Below, one piece after another: positions 1 to 13,106 of a stretch of DNA of 64,000 nt (position 1 is its first letter; each line of letters starts with the position of its first letter). A program made the translations under genes and the position numbers. Where the stretch lies: NCBI GenBank assembly GCA_951406725.2, contig OX597823.1:28706001-28770000 (forward strand). The letters run 5' to 3'. This DNA comes from Octopus vulgaris. Taxonomy: Eukaryota. The notes below the pieces were generated by a model. The model was not told the origin of the DNA, searched no databases, and was given only the letters and a program-made list of their open reading frames with translations.

Positions 1-969
1 CACTGGATGCCTGCCTGAAGATTTCCCTCAACTAATGCAGGAGCAAGAGATGAAACTCTTTAAACTCTACTTGAGGTCCATATAAATGTATTGTTCTTAC
101 CGTTAGGACGATGTTCCTGCTATACAGACAAATTATCCTAGACCGCTTCCCGAATACCACAATCCGCCTGATAGTCATTAAGTTACACAAAGACAAATTT
201 AAACATCTAGCTCACGAGGGTGCTGCCTCATCTCAGGCTTTACTTCTGTCATTATAACAACTTTTACCTCGAGAGTATAGCTGCAAGCAAGCTACCTTCA
301 CTCGAGCTAATCTCTAAGGTCATCCGCTAGCAACTACACCCATCCTTTGCTTCACTGAACGCCATCTTTCCTAGAATCCATAGCCACTCCAGCTCATATC
401 TTTCTTGCAAACGTAGACGTTGGAATGTTCAACGGGAACATTTCTGCAGCTCGACCTTTAATGGTTATGAACAGACCAAAGAAGTTAAACAAAATATCGC
501 TCGCCTTCGCATTCTTCATTTTATTTCCTCTGTAACCACTCCATATTTTTATTAATGGAGGCTGATTTCATTCAGGCTCGTACTTATCCCTGGTAGAATT
601 TATGTGGATTGCGTGTTACTACCTGTAACCTTAAGTATCCACGAGCTTTCAATAGTCTTTCAAGTGCTTAGAACCTTCCTGATAATCTTTCCTCTCCCTA
701 AGAAGCTCTACAGGACATTGTATTTGAATCTCCGACAACCATTTGTCTATATCTTTACTCACAGCTCCCAATGCACCAATCCTTTTAGGCAAAACCATGA
801 CAGCTTTCATATTCCAAATTCTAGGAATTTCAAATTTTAAGGGACTCCGCCGAGGTCGACTTTGCCTTCATTCTTTTCGGGCTCGATAAAATTAATACCA
901 GTTCGATACTGGGGTCAACGTAATCAACTTATGCTTATAATAGAAAGGATTATTATTATTATTATTATT

Positions 970-1631
<662 letters not shown>

Positions 1632-1669
1632 GAGTCAAAATTAAAAGAAGTGTGCCATTGTCATCTAAC

Positions 1670-1708
1670 GAACGATATTTCGACATCTCGTGTGTCTTCA
1701 ACAGGTTC
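1670..1708 (-). ncRNA. Minimal type I hammerhead ribozyme, A6U core variant
   Basis: Minus strand GAAC-CUGUUGA-A-GACA cacgaga UGUC-GAAA-U-AUC/GUUC: stem I GAAC/GUUC, stem II GACA/UGUC, palindromic AUAU stem III, AUC cleavage triplet. Confidence 0.7.
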
Positions 1709-1838
1709 AAAGAATAATTTTGTCAATCTACTTCATTTTGGGTAATATATTACTATTATTATTATTATCATTATTATCTTTATTATAGTTATTATTATTG
1801 TTGTTGTTATTATTGATGTTGCTGTTGTTGTCATTAAA

Positions 1839-2055
1839 GTGGCGTACTGGCAAACCGGTTAGCAAGCCGGGTAAAAATGCACGGCGCCATTTCTTCCGTC
1901 GTCTCTAGGATCTGAGTGTAAATTCGGCTGAGGTCGACTTTGCTTGGCGACGATCCTTGCGTAATTGATAAAATAAATACCAGTTGAACACAGGGAGCGA
2001 TGCTATAGACTAGCTTCGCCGCTCCCCACAAATTCCATCTGTAGTAGGCAGACCT
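1839..2055 (+). mobile_element. tRNA-derived SINE family A, diverged copy
   Basis: Matches repeated unit CTGGCAGAAACGTTAGC...GAGGTCGACTTTGC...GATAAA..TACCAGTT found about 10 times in the window. Confidence 0.7.
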
Positions 2056-2159
2056 TATCATTATAATCATTATAGTCATTATTATAGTTTGGGGCTCAGG
2101 AAAGTAATTGCTTACCTCGTTAAAATCTCTCGATAAATGTGTAATGCTGTTGTTGTTGT

Positions 2160-2535
2160 TGTTATTCTCCTATTAGGTTAGGTATAATGATGCCGCTAAT
2201 GGTGGTGAAGAACTTGGCATTGTTGATGCTGATGGTGCTGCTGCTGCTGATATGATGGTGGTGGTGGTGATGATAGTGGTGGTGGTGGTGGTGGTGGTGG
2301 TGGTGGTGGGGGTGACAATGATCATAGTGACGATGATGATGATAATGATGAGGATGATGATGATGATGGTGATGATGATGGTGATGATGATGATCAAGAC
2401 ATTGATGATGATGGTGATGATGTGAGATGATAACGATGATGATGATAATACTGATGATGGTGAGGATGACGATGGTGATAATAATGATGGTGAAGATGAT
2501 GATGGTGATGATAATGATGGTGATGATGATGATGG

Positions 2536-2566
<31 letters not shown>

Positions 2567-2837
2567 CAAGACATTGATCATGATGGTGATGATGAGAGAT
2601 GATAATGATGACGATAACGATGATGATGATAATGATAATGATGATGATGATGGTGAGGATGATGATGATAATGATGAGGTGATAATGACGATGGTGATGA
2701 TGATGTTGCTTTGTGATGATGACGACGACGATGATGATGACGATGATGATGATGATGATGATAATGATGAGGTGATAATGACGATGGTGATGATGATGTT
2801 GCTTTGTGATGATGATAATCATGTTGATGATGATGAA

Positions 2838-2881
<44 letters not shown>

Positions 2882-2885
2882 CGAC
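2160..2885. repeat. Compound (GAT/GGT)n microsatellite with internal duplicated units
   Basis: Direct reading; source of the poly-His/Ile/Asp/Met ORFs. Confidence 0.95.
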
Positions 2886-3132
2886 TACACTCCTGCAATT
2901 CTTGCGGCTCTTTTTGCGACATTTTAGTAATTGTGTACAAACGATTCAACTGCCTCCAGTTATGAGCGAAATTAGTCAATATTAGCACGGAGTTACATTT
3001 TCTCCCTGTTCAAACTTTAAACAATTTCAAGAAAATAGCCTTTACACACACGCACACACACACACACGCACATTCACATGCACAAACATATACACACACA
3101 AACACACACAGATATATTCTCTCGCTTTGTCT

Positions 3133-3169
<37 letters not shown>

Positions 3170-3356
3170 TACTCAGCTCACGTGTGCGTATGTACGTATC
3201 TGTGTGTGTGTGTATGTGTGTGTCTAAAGGTGTCGCATACGGATATTGATTTTAATATCGTTGTATACAGAATATTTAGATATATCACCGGTGGAGTCCA
3301 GTTTTTGTACAAATACACTCACATACGGATATATGCACAAGCACATATACCAATGC

Positions 3357-3404
<48 letters not shown>

Positions 3405-3468
3405 GTGTGTGTGCTTGTGTGCGTGTCGATATGTGTGTCAATATATATATATGTATGTATATATATTG

Positions 3469-3519
<51 letters not shown>

Positions 3520-3560
3520 TTTCCTCCGTCTTCCCTTCTCTGGATCTTTCCTTTTCCTAT

Positions 3561-3595
3561 GTTTCTGACGAAGAGCTCCGCTCGAAACGTAAAAC
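3561..3595 (+). ncRNA. Minimal type I hammerhead ribozyme, canonical core
   Basis: GUUU-CUGACGA-A-GAGC ucc GCUC-GAAA-C-GUA/AAAC; palindromic ACGU stem III; lies in a ~180-bp unit (about 3520-3700) bounded by (TA)n. Confidence 0.85.
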
Positions 3596-3692
3596 CCTCC
3601 TCCTTCCCTTCCTTCCCGAGCGTCCGATAATACTATATTTGTTCCACGTCCTCGCGTTGTAGTGTTTTCTCTTTGTGTTTTCATGTTTGGAT

Positions 3693-3741
<49 letters not shown>

Positions 3742-3779
3742 GCATATATACAGAGAGAAAGAGAGAGAGAGAGAGAGAT

Positions 3780-3850
3780 TGTTAGATAGATTGTAGAAAG
3801 GTAGATAAGTAGAAAGACAGACATACATACAGACAGACAGACAGACAGAC

Positions 3851-3941
<91 letters not shown>

Positions 3942-3942
3942 C
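3780..3942. repeat. (GACA)n/(GATA)n microsatellite
   Basis: Direct reading. Confidence 0.95.
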
Positions 3943-4394
3943 AGAGCTACTGGAATGTGTGTGTAATCAATATATTCAGCTGCAAAACTCAAATAGATGT
4001 TCATATTTATACACTACCCTTTGAGAGTCCGCAATCAGTGATTGAGATTTCTAATCACAAACACTTAATACACAATCTAACCGTGTAGCTTAGTAGCCAG
4101 ACATTGAGAGCAGTTAGTTTATATAGCAGACGTGTGTCTCTGCTTGAGATCTCACATGCCTTCCGCTTATATCTACGTGAGACTATGAAGCAAGGTTAAT
4201 AAATATTGTATTTGATAACTATGGAAATACTGACAATGCAGCTGAAATTCTGCTGGAAATGTCATCTTTGCCATTATGGTCTTCAGCTCGATGGCAAATT
4301 TCACTAGGTTTTTATTACTGCTTTTCTTGTGGCATCTGTTGCTGTTTTACCCTCGATCAGTGATTTTACAGTTCTATATTTAAGAGATGAGGAA

Positions 4395-4697
<303 letters not shown>

Positions 4698-4810
4698 GTT
4701 CGAAATTTCCTCCAAACACCTGATGAAGGTTGAAGGGTATATCAGCCAGAACGTTGCGTTAATAAGAAACAAGATGAGGACAAATATCCATCAAATGTAA
4801 ATAATGTAAA
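4698..4810 (+). mobile_element. Inverted copy of the 3' end of the adjacent element, with degenerate HHR (4715-4760)
   Basis: Reverse-complement match to about 4395-4500; AACAC-CUGAUGA-A-GGUUG...CAGCC-AGAA-CGUU-GCGUU. Confidence 0.75.
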
Positions 4811-5677
4811 AGTGATTTTGTTTTACGTTTTATGGATATATATTATGCTGCTACAGCGCCGATAACTTACACTGTATAATCTATATTTTACAATGTATAA
4901 CATCCTCTTTTACGAGTACTTCGATGGAGTACGTAAGAGTAACTGGCTTCTGTTTCTCTAATGTTGGGGCTCCAAAGAGACGGGTTCCTTAATATCAGGC
5001 GACAGCTCTCTATGTATTTAATTGCTTTTTTGCTTTTTGGAGAATAAAATACAATGGCCAACTTATCTCTTCTAATACTTTAGTGAAATCGAATTATTCT
5101 AAATTGTATTCGATCGGTGGCTAATTATTGCATCTTCATTTCAACAAACTTTATTCAACAAAAACAATAACAATATTAAACCTAAAACATCTTTAAATGA
5201 CGGTTTGACCGTCTGCCAAGCAAATGGGAAGCAGTAATTGAAGTAGATGGTGAATATGCTCCGGAATAATCATTTAAAGATGTTTTTGTTGCATGTTATT
5301 TTTTTTTTGTTGAATAAAATTTGTTGAAAAAAAAGCCGCAATAATTATATACCAACCGAGTAGTATCGAATTTGGTGAGACAGTTTTCATTACAGTTCGA
5401 TATAAATTGACAGTGATTTAAAGCATGCATGCGTGTGCATATGCGTCTGCTTATGTGTTCTGTACAACATTCCACACGACCGAAGTATACTGAAGTTATA
5501 GAATATAAATAAGTATTTGTTGTTTGAGTCCTTTCTAATAAGTAACTACATCTCAGCAGCATTTCGTGTAAAACTCATATTCATAATAAGAGTAGAATTT
5601 AATATGATTAAATAATATTATCAAATAATACATTAGTTCCTCGGTTTTCGAACAACTCTGATCACGAATAAATCGTG

Positions 5678-5715
<38 letters not shown>

Positions 5716-5717
<2 letters not shown>

Positions 5718-5780
5718 CTTAGAATAATTTAGAAAGGTTTTAGCCAGTATTGGCCCAGGCCATGTCTAACTTAATGTTGA
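5716..5780 (-). mobile_element. Short 3' terminal fragment of the CR1/L2-like LINE family
   Basis: Reverse complement ATTAAGTTAGACATGGCCTGGGCCAAT matches the LINE 3' end at about 9754-9800. Confidence 0.6.
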
Positions 5781-5850
5781 AATTTACAGTAAAACAGGTG
5801 TATAAACAACAAACAGGTGTATTGGTTTAGCGCTCGAGAAGGTGAGAAAA

Positions 5851-5888
5851 TCTTTTACTTTTCGAGCCTACGCTCTTCAACAGAAAGG
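5851..5888 (-). ncRNA. Minimal type I hammerhead ribozyme, A6U core variant
   Basis: CUUU-CUGUUGA-A-GAGC guag GCUC-GAAA-AGUA/AAAG; same family as 32814-32851. Confidence 0.65.
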
Positions 5889-5956
5889 AAAACAGGGAAA
5901 TAAACAGAGAGGGAATAAAAAGTCTTTATATCTTTATATATATATGTACATATATA

Positions 5957-6020
<64 letters not shown>

Positions 6021-6058
6021 CTGTGTGCGTGTGTCTGTGTGTATGTGTGTCTGTGTGT

Positions 6059-6343
6059 GGAGGCGCAATGGCCCAGTGGTTAGGGCAGCGGACTCGCGGT
6101 CGTAGGCTCACGGTTTCGATTCCCAGACCGGGCGTTGTGAGTGTTTATTGAGCGAAAGCACCTAAAGCTCCATGAGGCTCCGGCAGGGGGGGGGGGTGGC
6201 GATCCCTGCTGTACTCTTTCGCCAAAACTTTCTCTCACTCTTTCAGCGGGGTGGCGTCATTTGAAGGCTAAAACAATGCGAAGCGCATTGTGACCAGCGA
6301 TGTGTAGCAACATCTGATAGCCTGGTCGGTCACGGTGATCACA

Positions 6344-6346
<3 letters not shown>
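6059..6346 (+). mobile_element. tRNA-derived SINE family C
   Basis: GGAGGCGCAATGGCCCAGTGGTTAGG (A box)...GGTTTCGATTCCC (B box); related to 48578-48952 and 44028-44145. Confidence 0.75.
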
Positions 6347-6425
<79 letters not shown>

Positions 6426-6435
6426 CATATATATT

Positions 6436-6487
<52 letters not shown>

Positions 6488-6697
6488 CATAAAGCAGGAT
6501 TTGTCCCTGAACAGACGCATTCGTAAACCGAGGTACTACTATATTAAATGAATATGAGAAAGACAGGAGATAAAGCACGATTTATTCGTGATGAGAGTTG
6601 TTCGAAAACCGAGGTACTGCTGCATTAATTTCAACCAGTGGTCAACATACTTAAAAAACGTCGGAGGACCGTGAATTCTATTTAAATATGAATAATA

Positions 6698-6913
6698 TGA
6701 GAGACCACAATGAGGATCCCATGTATACTAAAGATTGACGTCAAACCGTCTTATCACGAAATCTGTGTTCTCAAATTAGCAAGATGCTAGATGCTTACGA
6801 GCTAGACATATGAAAAGAAAGAAATATTTCACTAATTTCTGAACACAGATTTCGTGTAAAGACGGTTTGACGTCTATTTTTAGCATACAAGGGATCCACA
6901 TAGTGGTCTCTCA
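6698..6913. mobile_element. Palindromic MITE-like element
   Basis: Imperfect ~80-bp inverted arms TGAGAGACCAC...GACGTCAAACCGTC...CACGAAATCTGTGTTC / GAACACAGATTTCGTG...GACGGTTTGACGTC...GTGGTCTCTCA. Confidence 0.6.
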
Positions 6914-7284
6914 GATCACCTATCTTCATAATCTTTATTGTTTCAATTATGCAACGACAGAGAAATGCAATTACGAATACATATACAAGCTGGTATATTA
7001 ACATCAGGTTTACACTTGGTTTCACAATATTTGACAAAGATCTCGCTCGTGTCCCAGAGGCTGCAGTATTGCATTCGCAATTGGAAGATGATAATTTGGA
7101 TTCACGGAATGGGTGGCACCCTGTGCTCTTGAGCAAAACACTTCATTTCATGTGAGCAGCCCCACGACGGACCGGTGTTTCGTTCAAGGGGATGTTGTGA
7201 CCTCAACTGCTTCTATGCCATGGAAACCGGGTAACCGGCTTTAAGAGTTTTAAAACTCGAGGTAATGATGTCCAGGGATATTAG

Positions 7285-7369
7285 TTGATGATGATGGTGA
7301 TGATGATGATGATGATGATGAGAATGATGATGACGATGATGATGATGATGATGATGGTCATGATATGAT

Positions 7370-7437
<68 letters not shown>
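7285..7437. repeat. (GAT)n microsatellite
   Basis: Direct reading. Confidence 0.95.
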
Positions 7438-7865
7438 AACATTTTATAGCCTCGGAGGTGTTTTTACACTTTTCTTTTATTTAAAGTTCTTTATTTATTT
7501 GTAACACTTGGCCCCATGGCTCTTCGATCTTTTAATACTGGTTCTATTTAGTCACATCTAAACGCCTTTCTGTTCAGTCTCTGTCTCTTTTGTACGTTTA
7601 TATATTTCATTATCACAATTTTCTCGTTTTTCTTTTTTCTTGTGGACGTGATTCGGAACAATTCTACTAAACCGAGAACAATTCTGAAATTATTGCCTCT
7701 GATAATAATCATATATAGATGTTTGTGTGTTGCACAGCCAACTCAACATATTGCCAAAGCAATAAAATGAGTTGAATCAATTTTCATGGAGTATTTATTC
7801 TCTATTATTATTGCTAAGATATTCTCACTATTGATTATATTAATAATAATGCCATAAAAGCTTAT

Positions 7866-8118
7866 TTATTTACTACCCACAAGGGGCTAAACACAGAGGG
7901 GACAAACAAGGACAGACAAACGGATTAAGTCGATTATATCGACCCCAGTGCGTAACTGGTACTTATATACTTATTTAATCGACCTCGAAATGATGAAAGG
8001 CAAAGTCGACTTCGGCGGAATTTGAACTCAGAACGTAACGACAGACGAAATACCACTAAGCATTTCGCCCGGCGTGCTAACGATTCTGCCATCTCGCCTT
8101 AAATTCTGCCAGCTCGCC
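7866..8118 (-). mobile_element. tRNA-derived SINE family A
   Basis: Reverse complement of the unit at 30019-30254. Confidence 0.85.
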
Positions 8119-8549
8119 ATAAAAGCTGTCCGCACTGAGACTCACTGTAGATCAAAACGAGAATTGTTTCATTTTATTTTCGACATGAAACAAACCATTT
8201 TCAGAGATTCATTACACACATAGATTTACCAAAGATATATTCCAAAAGCTTACGGTCACTGGAATTATTTCGATTAAAACATGAACTTCTTTAAAGTTAA
8301 CGTGAAAGCCGAAGACTCGAGTAGAGACCATATCTTGCTTGATGTCCTGGAAAAGTTTTGTTGGCTGATTTTTACTATCAAACATAAAACTGCAACACAG
8401 TTGCTTTTGTAGGCACCAACTCCATACACTCTTCATACACATTTCCTCTTTCTCCCTTCCACAATAATGACCATTTCTTCAGAGAACTTAGAACATGTAT
8501 GTTGATTCTGACTATGTCCACTCGCTCATTTATATTCCCATTTTTTTTA

Positions 8550-9820
8550 GCGTTCGACAGGGTAGACCATAACATCCTACTCTCAAAATTGGCAAACGTT
8601 GGTATCCGTGGAAAAGTTCTACACTGGATTAAGTATTTCCTGGCGAATAGAACACAACATGTTGTAGTTGATGGAGTCCACTCAAACCCAGCAAAAGTCA
8701 CCAGCGGTGTTCCCCAGGGAACTGTTTTGGGTCCGCTACTCTTCATAATTTACGTAAACGAACTTTCCAGTGTCGTACATTACTGCAAAGTGAAAATATT
8801 TGCTGATGACACTAAGCTCCAGCAAATCGTCAATGAAGAAGCAGACCGAACTCAACTCCAGTCTGATCTATATGCTGTAAGTCAATGGGCAGACAGAAAC
8901 AAAATGCAACTGAATGAGGGAAAATTTGAGCTGATGCATTTTGGAAGAAATTCCTCACTAAAACAACCATATTCTCTTCCTTCAGAGGAACCGCTCACAG
9001 CCTCTAACAATATCAGAGACCTGGGTGTAATTTTTGATGACGATCTCAGTTGGAGTGCACACATCATCATGAAGGTCGATATAGCTCCTGGATCTTAAAA
9101 ACTTTCCGGTCCAGAGAACAAGGTGTCATCATACCACTTTTTTCCTCCTTTGTACGGCCACACCTTGAATACTGCTGCCCACTATGGTCTCCTCACACAA
9201 GACAAAACATCTTCAGAATTGAGTCACCCCAGAGGGCACTCACTAAACAAATTGAAGGCATGGCTGCTCTCGATTATTGGGATCGCCTTAAAGCCTTGAA
9301 ACTTTACTCCCTCCAGCGTCGCCGTGAGCGGTACATCATTTGTACGATGTGGAAAATATACCGCCAACTTTGCCCAAACGACCTAAACATTAGCTTCAAG
9401 GTTCATCCAAGACTTGGACAACGGGCTATACGTCCCCTGCCAAATTCAAGATCACAACATACATGTACACTGCAACATAATTTCTTTTCCTCAACAGGCC
9501 CTGCCCTATTTAACATTGTCCCGAGGGAGATCAAAGAGGTAAAGGATCCCATCAACTTTAAACAGAGTCTGGATAGATTCCTTCAAAGAATACCAGATAA
9601 GCCACCCATAATTGAATACAACTCACCCAACAAGAACTCACTACTTGAACAAAACTGGATACAACTCACCCAACAAGAACTCACTACTTGAACAAACTTG
9701 ACTTAAACAAAACTTGACTTAAACAGGATTCGAATAATCCTATCAGGTGGTGCTATTAAGTTAGACATGGCCTGGACCAATCTTTGGTCGAAACATATCT
9801 AAGTTTATCTAAGTTTATAC
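8550..9820 (+). pseudogene. 5'-truncated CR1/L2-group LINE: RT and C-terminal region with one frameshift near 9080
   Basis: AFDRVDH, SGVPQGTVLGPLLF, FADD, DLGV, VRPHLEYC..W.P, L..L.LYSLQRRRER motifs in ORFs 8499-9098 and 9050-9691; short tandem tail CTAAGTTTAT x2. Confidence 0.85.
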
Positions 9821-9926
9821 ATATACATTTACAAATTGATTAATTTAATCTTAACCCGCCGATTGCGTACTAACTCTGTGATTAAATTTGATATAGGTTT
9901 TCTCCTTAATTTTAATATATATATAT

Positions 9927-10012
9927 TATCAAAATAAGCAACATGATATCCAGAGTTAATGCAGTACGATCGATTCAAGCGATTCCATTTAATTGAACAA
10001 TGCAGCCATTGT
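9927..10012 (-). mobile_element. Inverted, 5'-truncated copy of the HHR-bearing 3' end at 10783-10866
   Basis: TATCAAAATAAGCAACA...ATGCAGTACGATCG.TTCAAGCGA is the reverse complement of the 10810-10866 region. Confidence 0.7.
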
Positions 10013-10401
10013 TCAATTAATTAGTTCAACTAGAGCTGACAGTACAATGAAACGTACTTCCTGTCCACTTCATCTTATAGGTTGATATCAACCTGTTATT
10101 GTTTAAACTGGTCACTTGAGCAACGTTGGAAGGACTATAAATATCATTAGTGCTTCCACCTCTTTCCAGCTTCCATCAGGTAGCAGTAGTAGTTGCTTGA
10201 AACCTAACTAATTCCAGCTTAGACAAGGATTATATTAAAACTTAAGAAATATCTTCGGCTGTCGTCAGCGATATCACACGGTTACAATTATCCACACTTG
10301 TGATATGGCGTGCAATGAAGGGAGAATAGCATCTCATCTTGCGCTCTCTCTCGCTCGCACACACATACACACGTATGTATATATACATTTATGTATATAT
10401 T

Positions 10402-10476
<75 letters not shown>

Positions 10477-10496
10477 GCTTTAAGCTTTTATAAAAA

Positions 10497-10544
<48 letters not shown>

Positions 10545-10746
10545 CAAAACTTTAGATTCAAATGAATTAGGTACTTAAGTTGAAGCACCAGAATTTATAG
10601 TACGATATTATAAATATAGTTTCAAAATAAGGTGATTAAAATCAATATCAGAAGTCCTTTGTCCATCTCCTCACGTTCTTGGAGGGTTTAGGTAAAATTA
10701 TATAAATGTGTCCATCAGTTTTAATTTGATTAAATTCTATGTATTT

Positions 10747-10834
10747 ATGCAGCTGAGGATTACTCTGCATTTAAATTGATGTAATGGTTGCATTGTTCTA
10801 TTAAATGGAGTCGCTTGAAACGATCGTACTGCAT
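10747..10834 (+). ncRNA. Type I hammerhead ribozyme with long stem II
   Basis: AUGCAG-CUGAGGA-[ACUC..CAUUUAA...AUGUAA ugg UUGCAU...UUAAAUG GAGU]-cgcuu-GAAA-CGAUCG-UA/CUGCAU; 6-bp stem I, palindromic ACGAUCGU stem III; base of stem II imperfect. Confidence 0.7.
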
Positions 10835-11435
10835 TATCACTGGATATCCTGTTGCTTATTTTGATACATATATATATATATATATATATATAAATTAAAG
10901 ATAAAGATAAATATATATCAAGAGCAAACGAGTACATATACAAGTCGCCAACATGCTACAAAAATACGCCAATGTCTAAAATCTAACTTAAGATATCATC
11001 ATAAAGTATAAACAAGTGCTATCTCTCTATCTTGATTTCAAGATTAACGGGTAATCCCTTTTTCTACCATTACTGTAATAAAACCCAATCAGTGCATATA
11101 AGTACGAACAAAATACATTCTCAGAACGGCTCCACAACGCGAATACACTGTTCGTACTTATATACAGAATAAAAATTCAAAAATCTGGTTTCGCTTATTT
11201 CCAGCACGTGTTAATGACCAAATAATTCAGCAGTGAAAATTTTTGGTTTGAATGAAATTATATATTTTTAATATATTTTAAATTTAAGGATAAAATCTAT
11301 ATTGGATTTTATCAGGTATTTTGCATTCAACAGGTTAAGTTTAAATTAATCAATTTATAAATTTATATCAAGGACATATATAAATATATATTTATACATA
11401 TGCATAATATGCACATATATGCATATATATGTGTG

Positions 11436-11745
11436 AAGCCACGTCGCTTAATGGTTAGGGTATTCGGCTCGCGATATTGGGGTCGCAAGCTCGATTCTGT
11501 TCAGGGCGTTGGGTCCTTGAGCAAGACACTTTTTCTTGTTGCTCTAGTCCACTCGGCTGGCAAAAATTAGTAGGAACTGTATTTCAAAGGGCTGCCTTGT
11601 CACACTCTGTGTCACGCTGAATCTCGGCGAGAACTACGTTAAGAGAACACGTGCGTGTGGAGTGCTCGGTAATCCCTCGAGCAAGTTGTTCCGTTGATCG
11701 GGTCAACTGGAACCCGCGTCATTGTAAGCGACGAACGGCCATGAT
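11436..11745 (+). mobile_element. tRNA-derived SINE, family C-related
   Basis: tRNA-like head, CORE-like CCTTGAGCAAGACACTT, 3' half shared with 48770-48952. Confidence 0.7.
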
Positions 11746-11748
11746 ATG

Positions 11749-11784
<36 letters not shown>

Positions 11785-11808
11785 TGTATGTATGTATGTA
11801 TGTATGTA

Positions 11809-13106
11809 TCTCTTATTATAAAAGGCAGATTTTATCTGCCTCCCTTTGTAAGTTATAGAAATCTACAATATAGGATTTCTTCAATTACAATTTACCTAGC
11901 ATTTTTAAGGGTAGAATGCATCGGGTCATGCCAGGTCCAGTTTTTAAAATTTAAACTCCAATTAAGCAAAATTTACAGAAAACTCACATTCTGGTGTGTA
12001 TGTCAAATGCTCTTCTTAATGTGGTTTACACCACACGCAAACGCACACACACACAAAGGGAACGAACTGTTTCACTGACGCTATCACCCTTCTCCTCCTT
12101 TGTCTTTGCAAGTTTGCAGCTATTAAAGTGAAAACAGTGAATCCGACAGCGATAAAGAAAACGAATTGGTACCTGAATGGAGTGAAAATTTAAAAACTGT
12201 TTCTTTCGGTGATTTTTCTGAAGAAACTGGACCAAGCCACAGACTTTCCCAGAAGAGTAAAGCCTTAAACTATTTCTATTTACTTTTTCGAATGAGCCTA
12301 TTTGAAATCATTACGGCAGAAACAAACCGTTACGCTAAACGTAAACAAAACGAAAGAAAGGATAGTTTGTTATTTCCCACAACCTTAAATGAAATTAAGG
12401 CCTATTTTGCCATAAATATTATTATGGGTATCAGAAAGTTACCCAGAATAACAAATTATATCGTAAAATTTTGTTGTATACCCAATTGAATATTAGCTAA
12501 TAACCCATTTTCTATAGCGATGTTTGAACAAAATTTTAATAATTTTATATATTGTTGAATTTACCTGTATCTACCTGCAATTAGAGTCACTTTGTGATAA
12601 AAATTATAGTATAGAATTGGTTGAGGACATTTCATTAAATTATCTTCCAAAAATCACATTAATATATTGATAAATAAAAAAGTTATAGTTGTTTAATGAA
12701 ACCAGACTAAATTTATGATTACGTTAGAAAATAATTGAAACACATAAGGGGTGTATTTTGGTCAGAAATATAGTAACGAAAGGGTTAAGAAAAACCAAAC
12801 CAGGTATCTTATAGTCGTGAGTCATATCGAGCTCTTCTGGGTATTAGCGCGCGTCTACGATGAGTCTACGATTTAAAAAAAATTACCATCATATTTTTCC
12901 ATTTTACTGCATTTTTTTCGCTATTATATAAGGGAAGTAACTCTCTAAAAATATCTACGATGTGTCAAAGATTTAAAAAGAAATTTACCTTAATTTTTTT
13001 TCCATTTTTAATGCATTTTTTTCCTATTTTTTGGCTATAACTCTCTAAAAATGCTTATATAGTTATTTCCCTTACAAACCCGAGCAACGCCGGGCGATAC
13101 TGCTAG
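11809..13106 (+). mobile_element. Non-autonomous Helitron carrying a piggyBac fragment
   Basis: 5' TC, 3' hairpin CCCGAGCAACGCCGGG followed by CTAG, inserted between A and T in a (TATG)n tract; 3' end shared with 46006-46368. Confidence 0.75.
12166..12489 (+). pseudogene. piggyBac/PGBD-like transposase N-terminal fragment
   Basis: F.E.TGP...LNYFYLLF...I.AETNRYA...TTLNEIKAYFAINIIMGI..LP resembles the start of the piggyBac DDE domain; piggyBac-like end AGGGTTAA at 12781-12788. Confidence 0.7.

Noticed and set aside
1-830. Possible decayed LINE or exon
   Set aside because: No recognisable motif in the frames I read.
2162-2988. Poly-His/Asp/Ile/Met ORFs
   Set aside because: Translations of a GAT microsatellite; the same applies to the [12 protein letters not shown] and poly-I/N/Y ORFs throughout.
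6585-6620. HHR-like GUGAUGA...GAAA (and GUGAUCA near 5660 on minus)
   Set aside because: Stem I does not pair and the stem III register is wrong.
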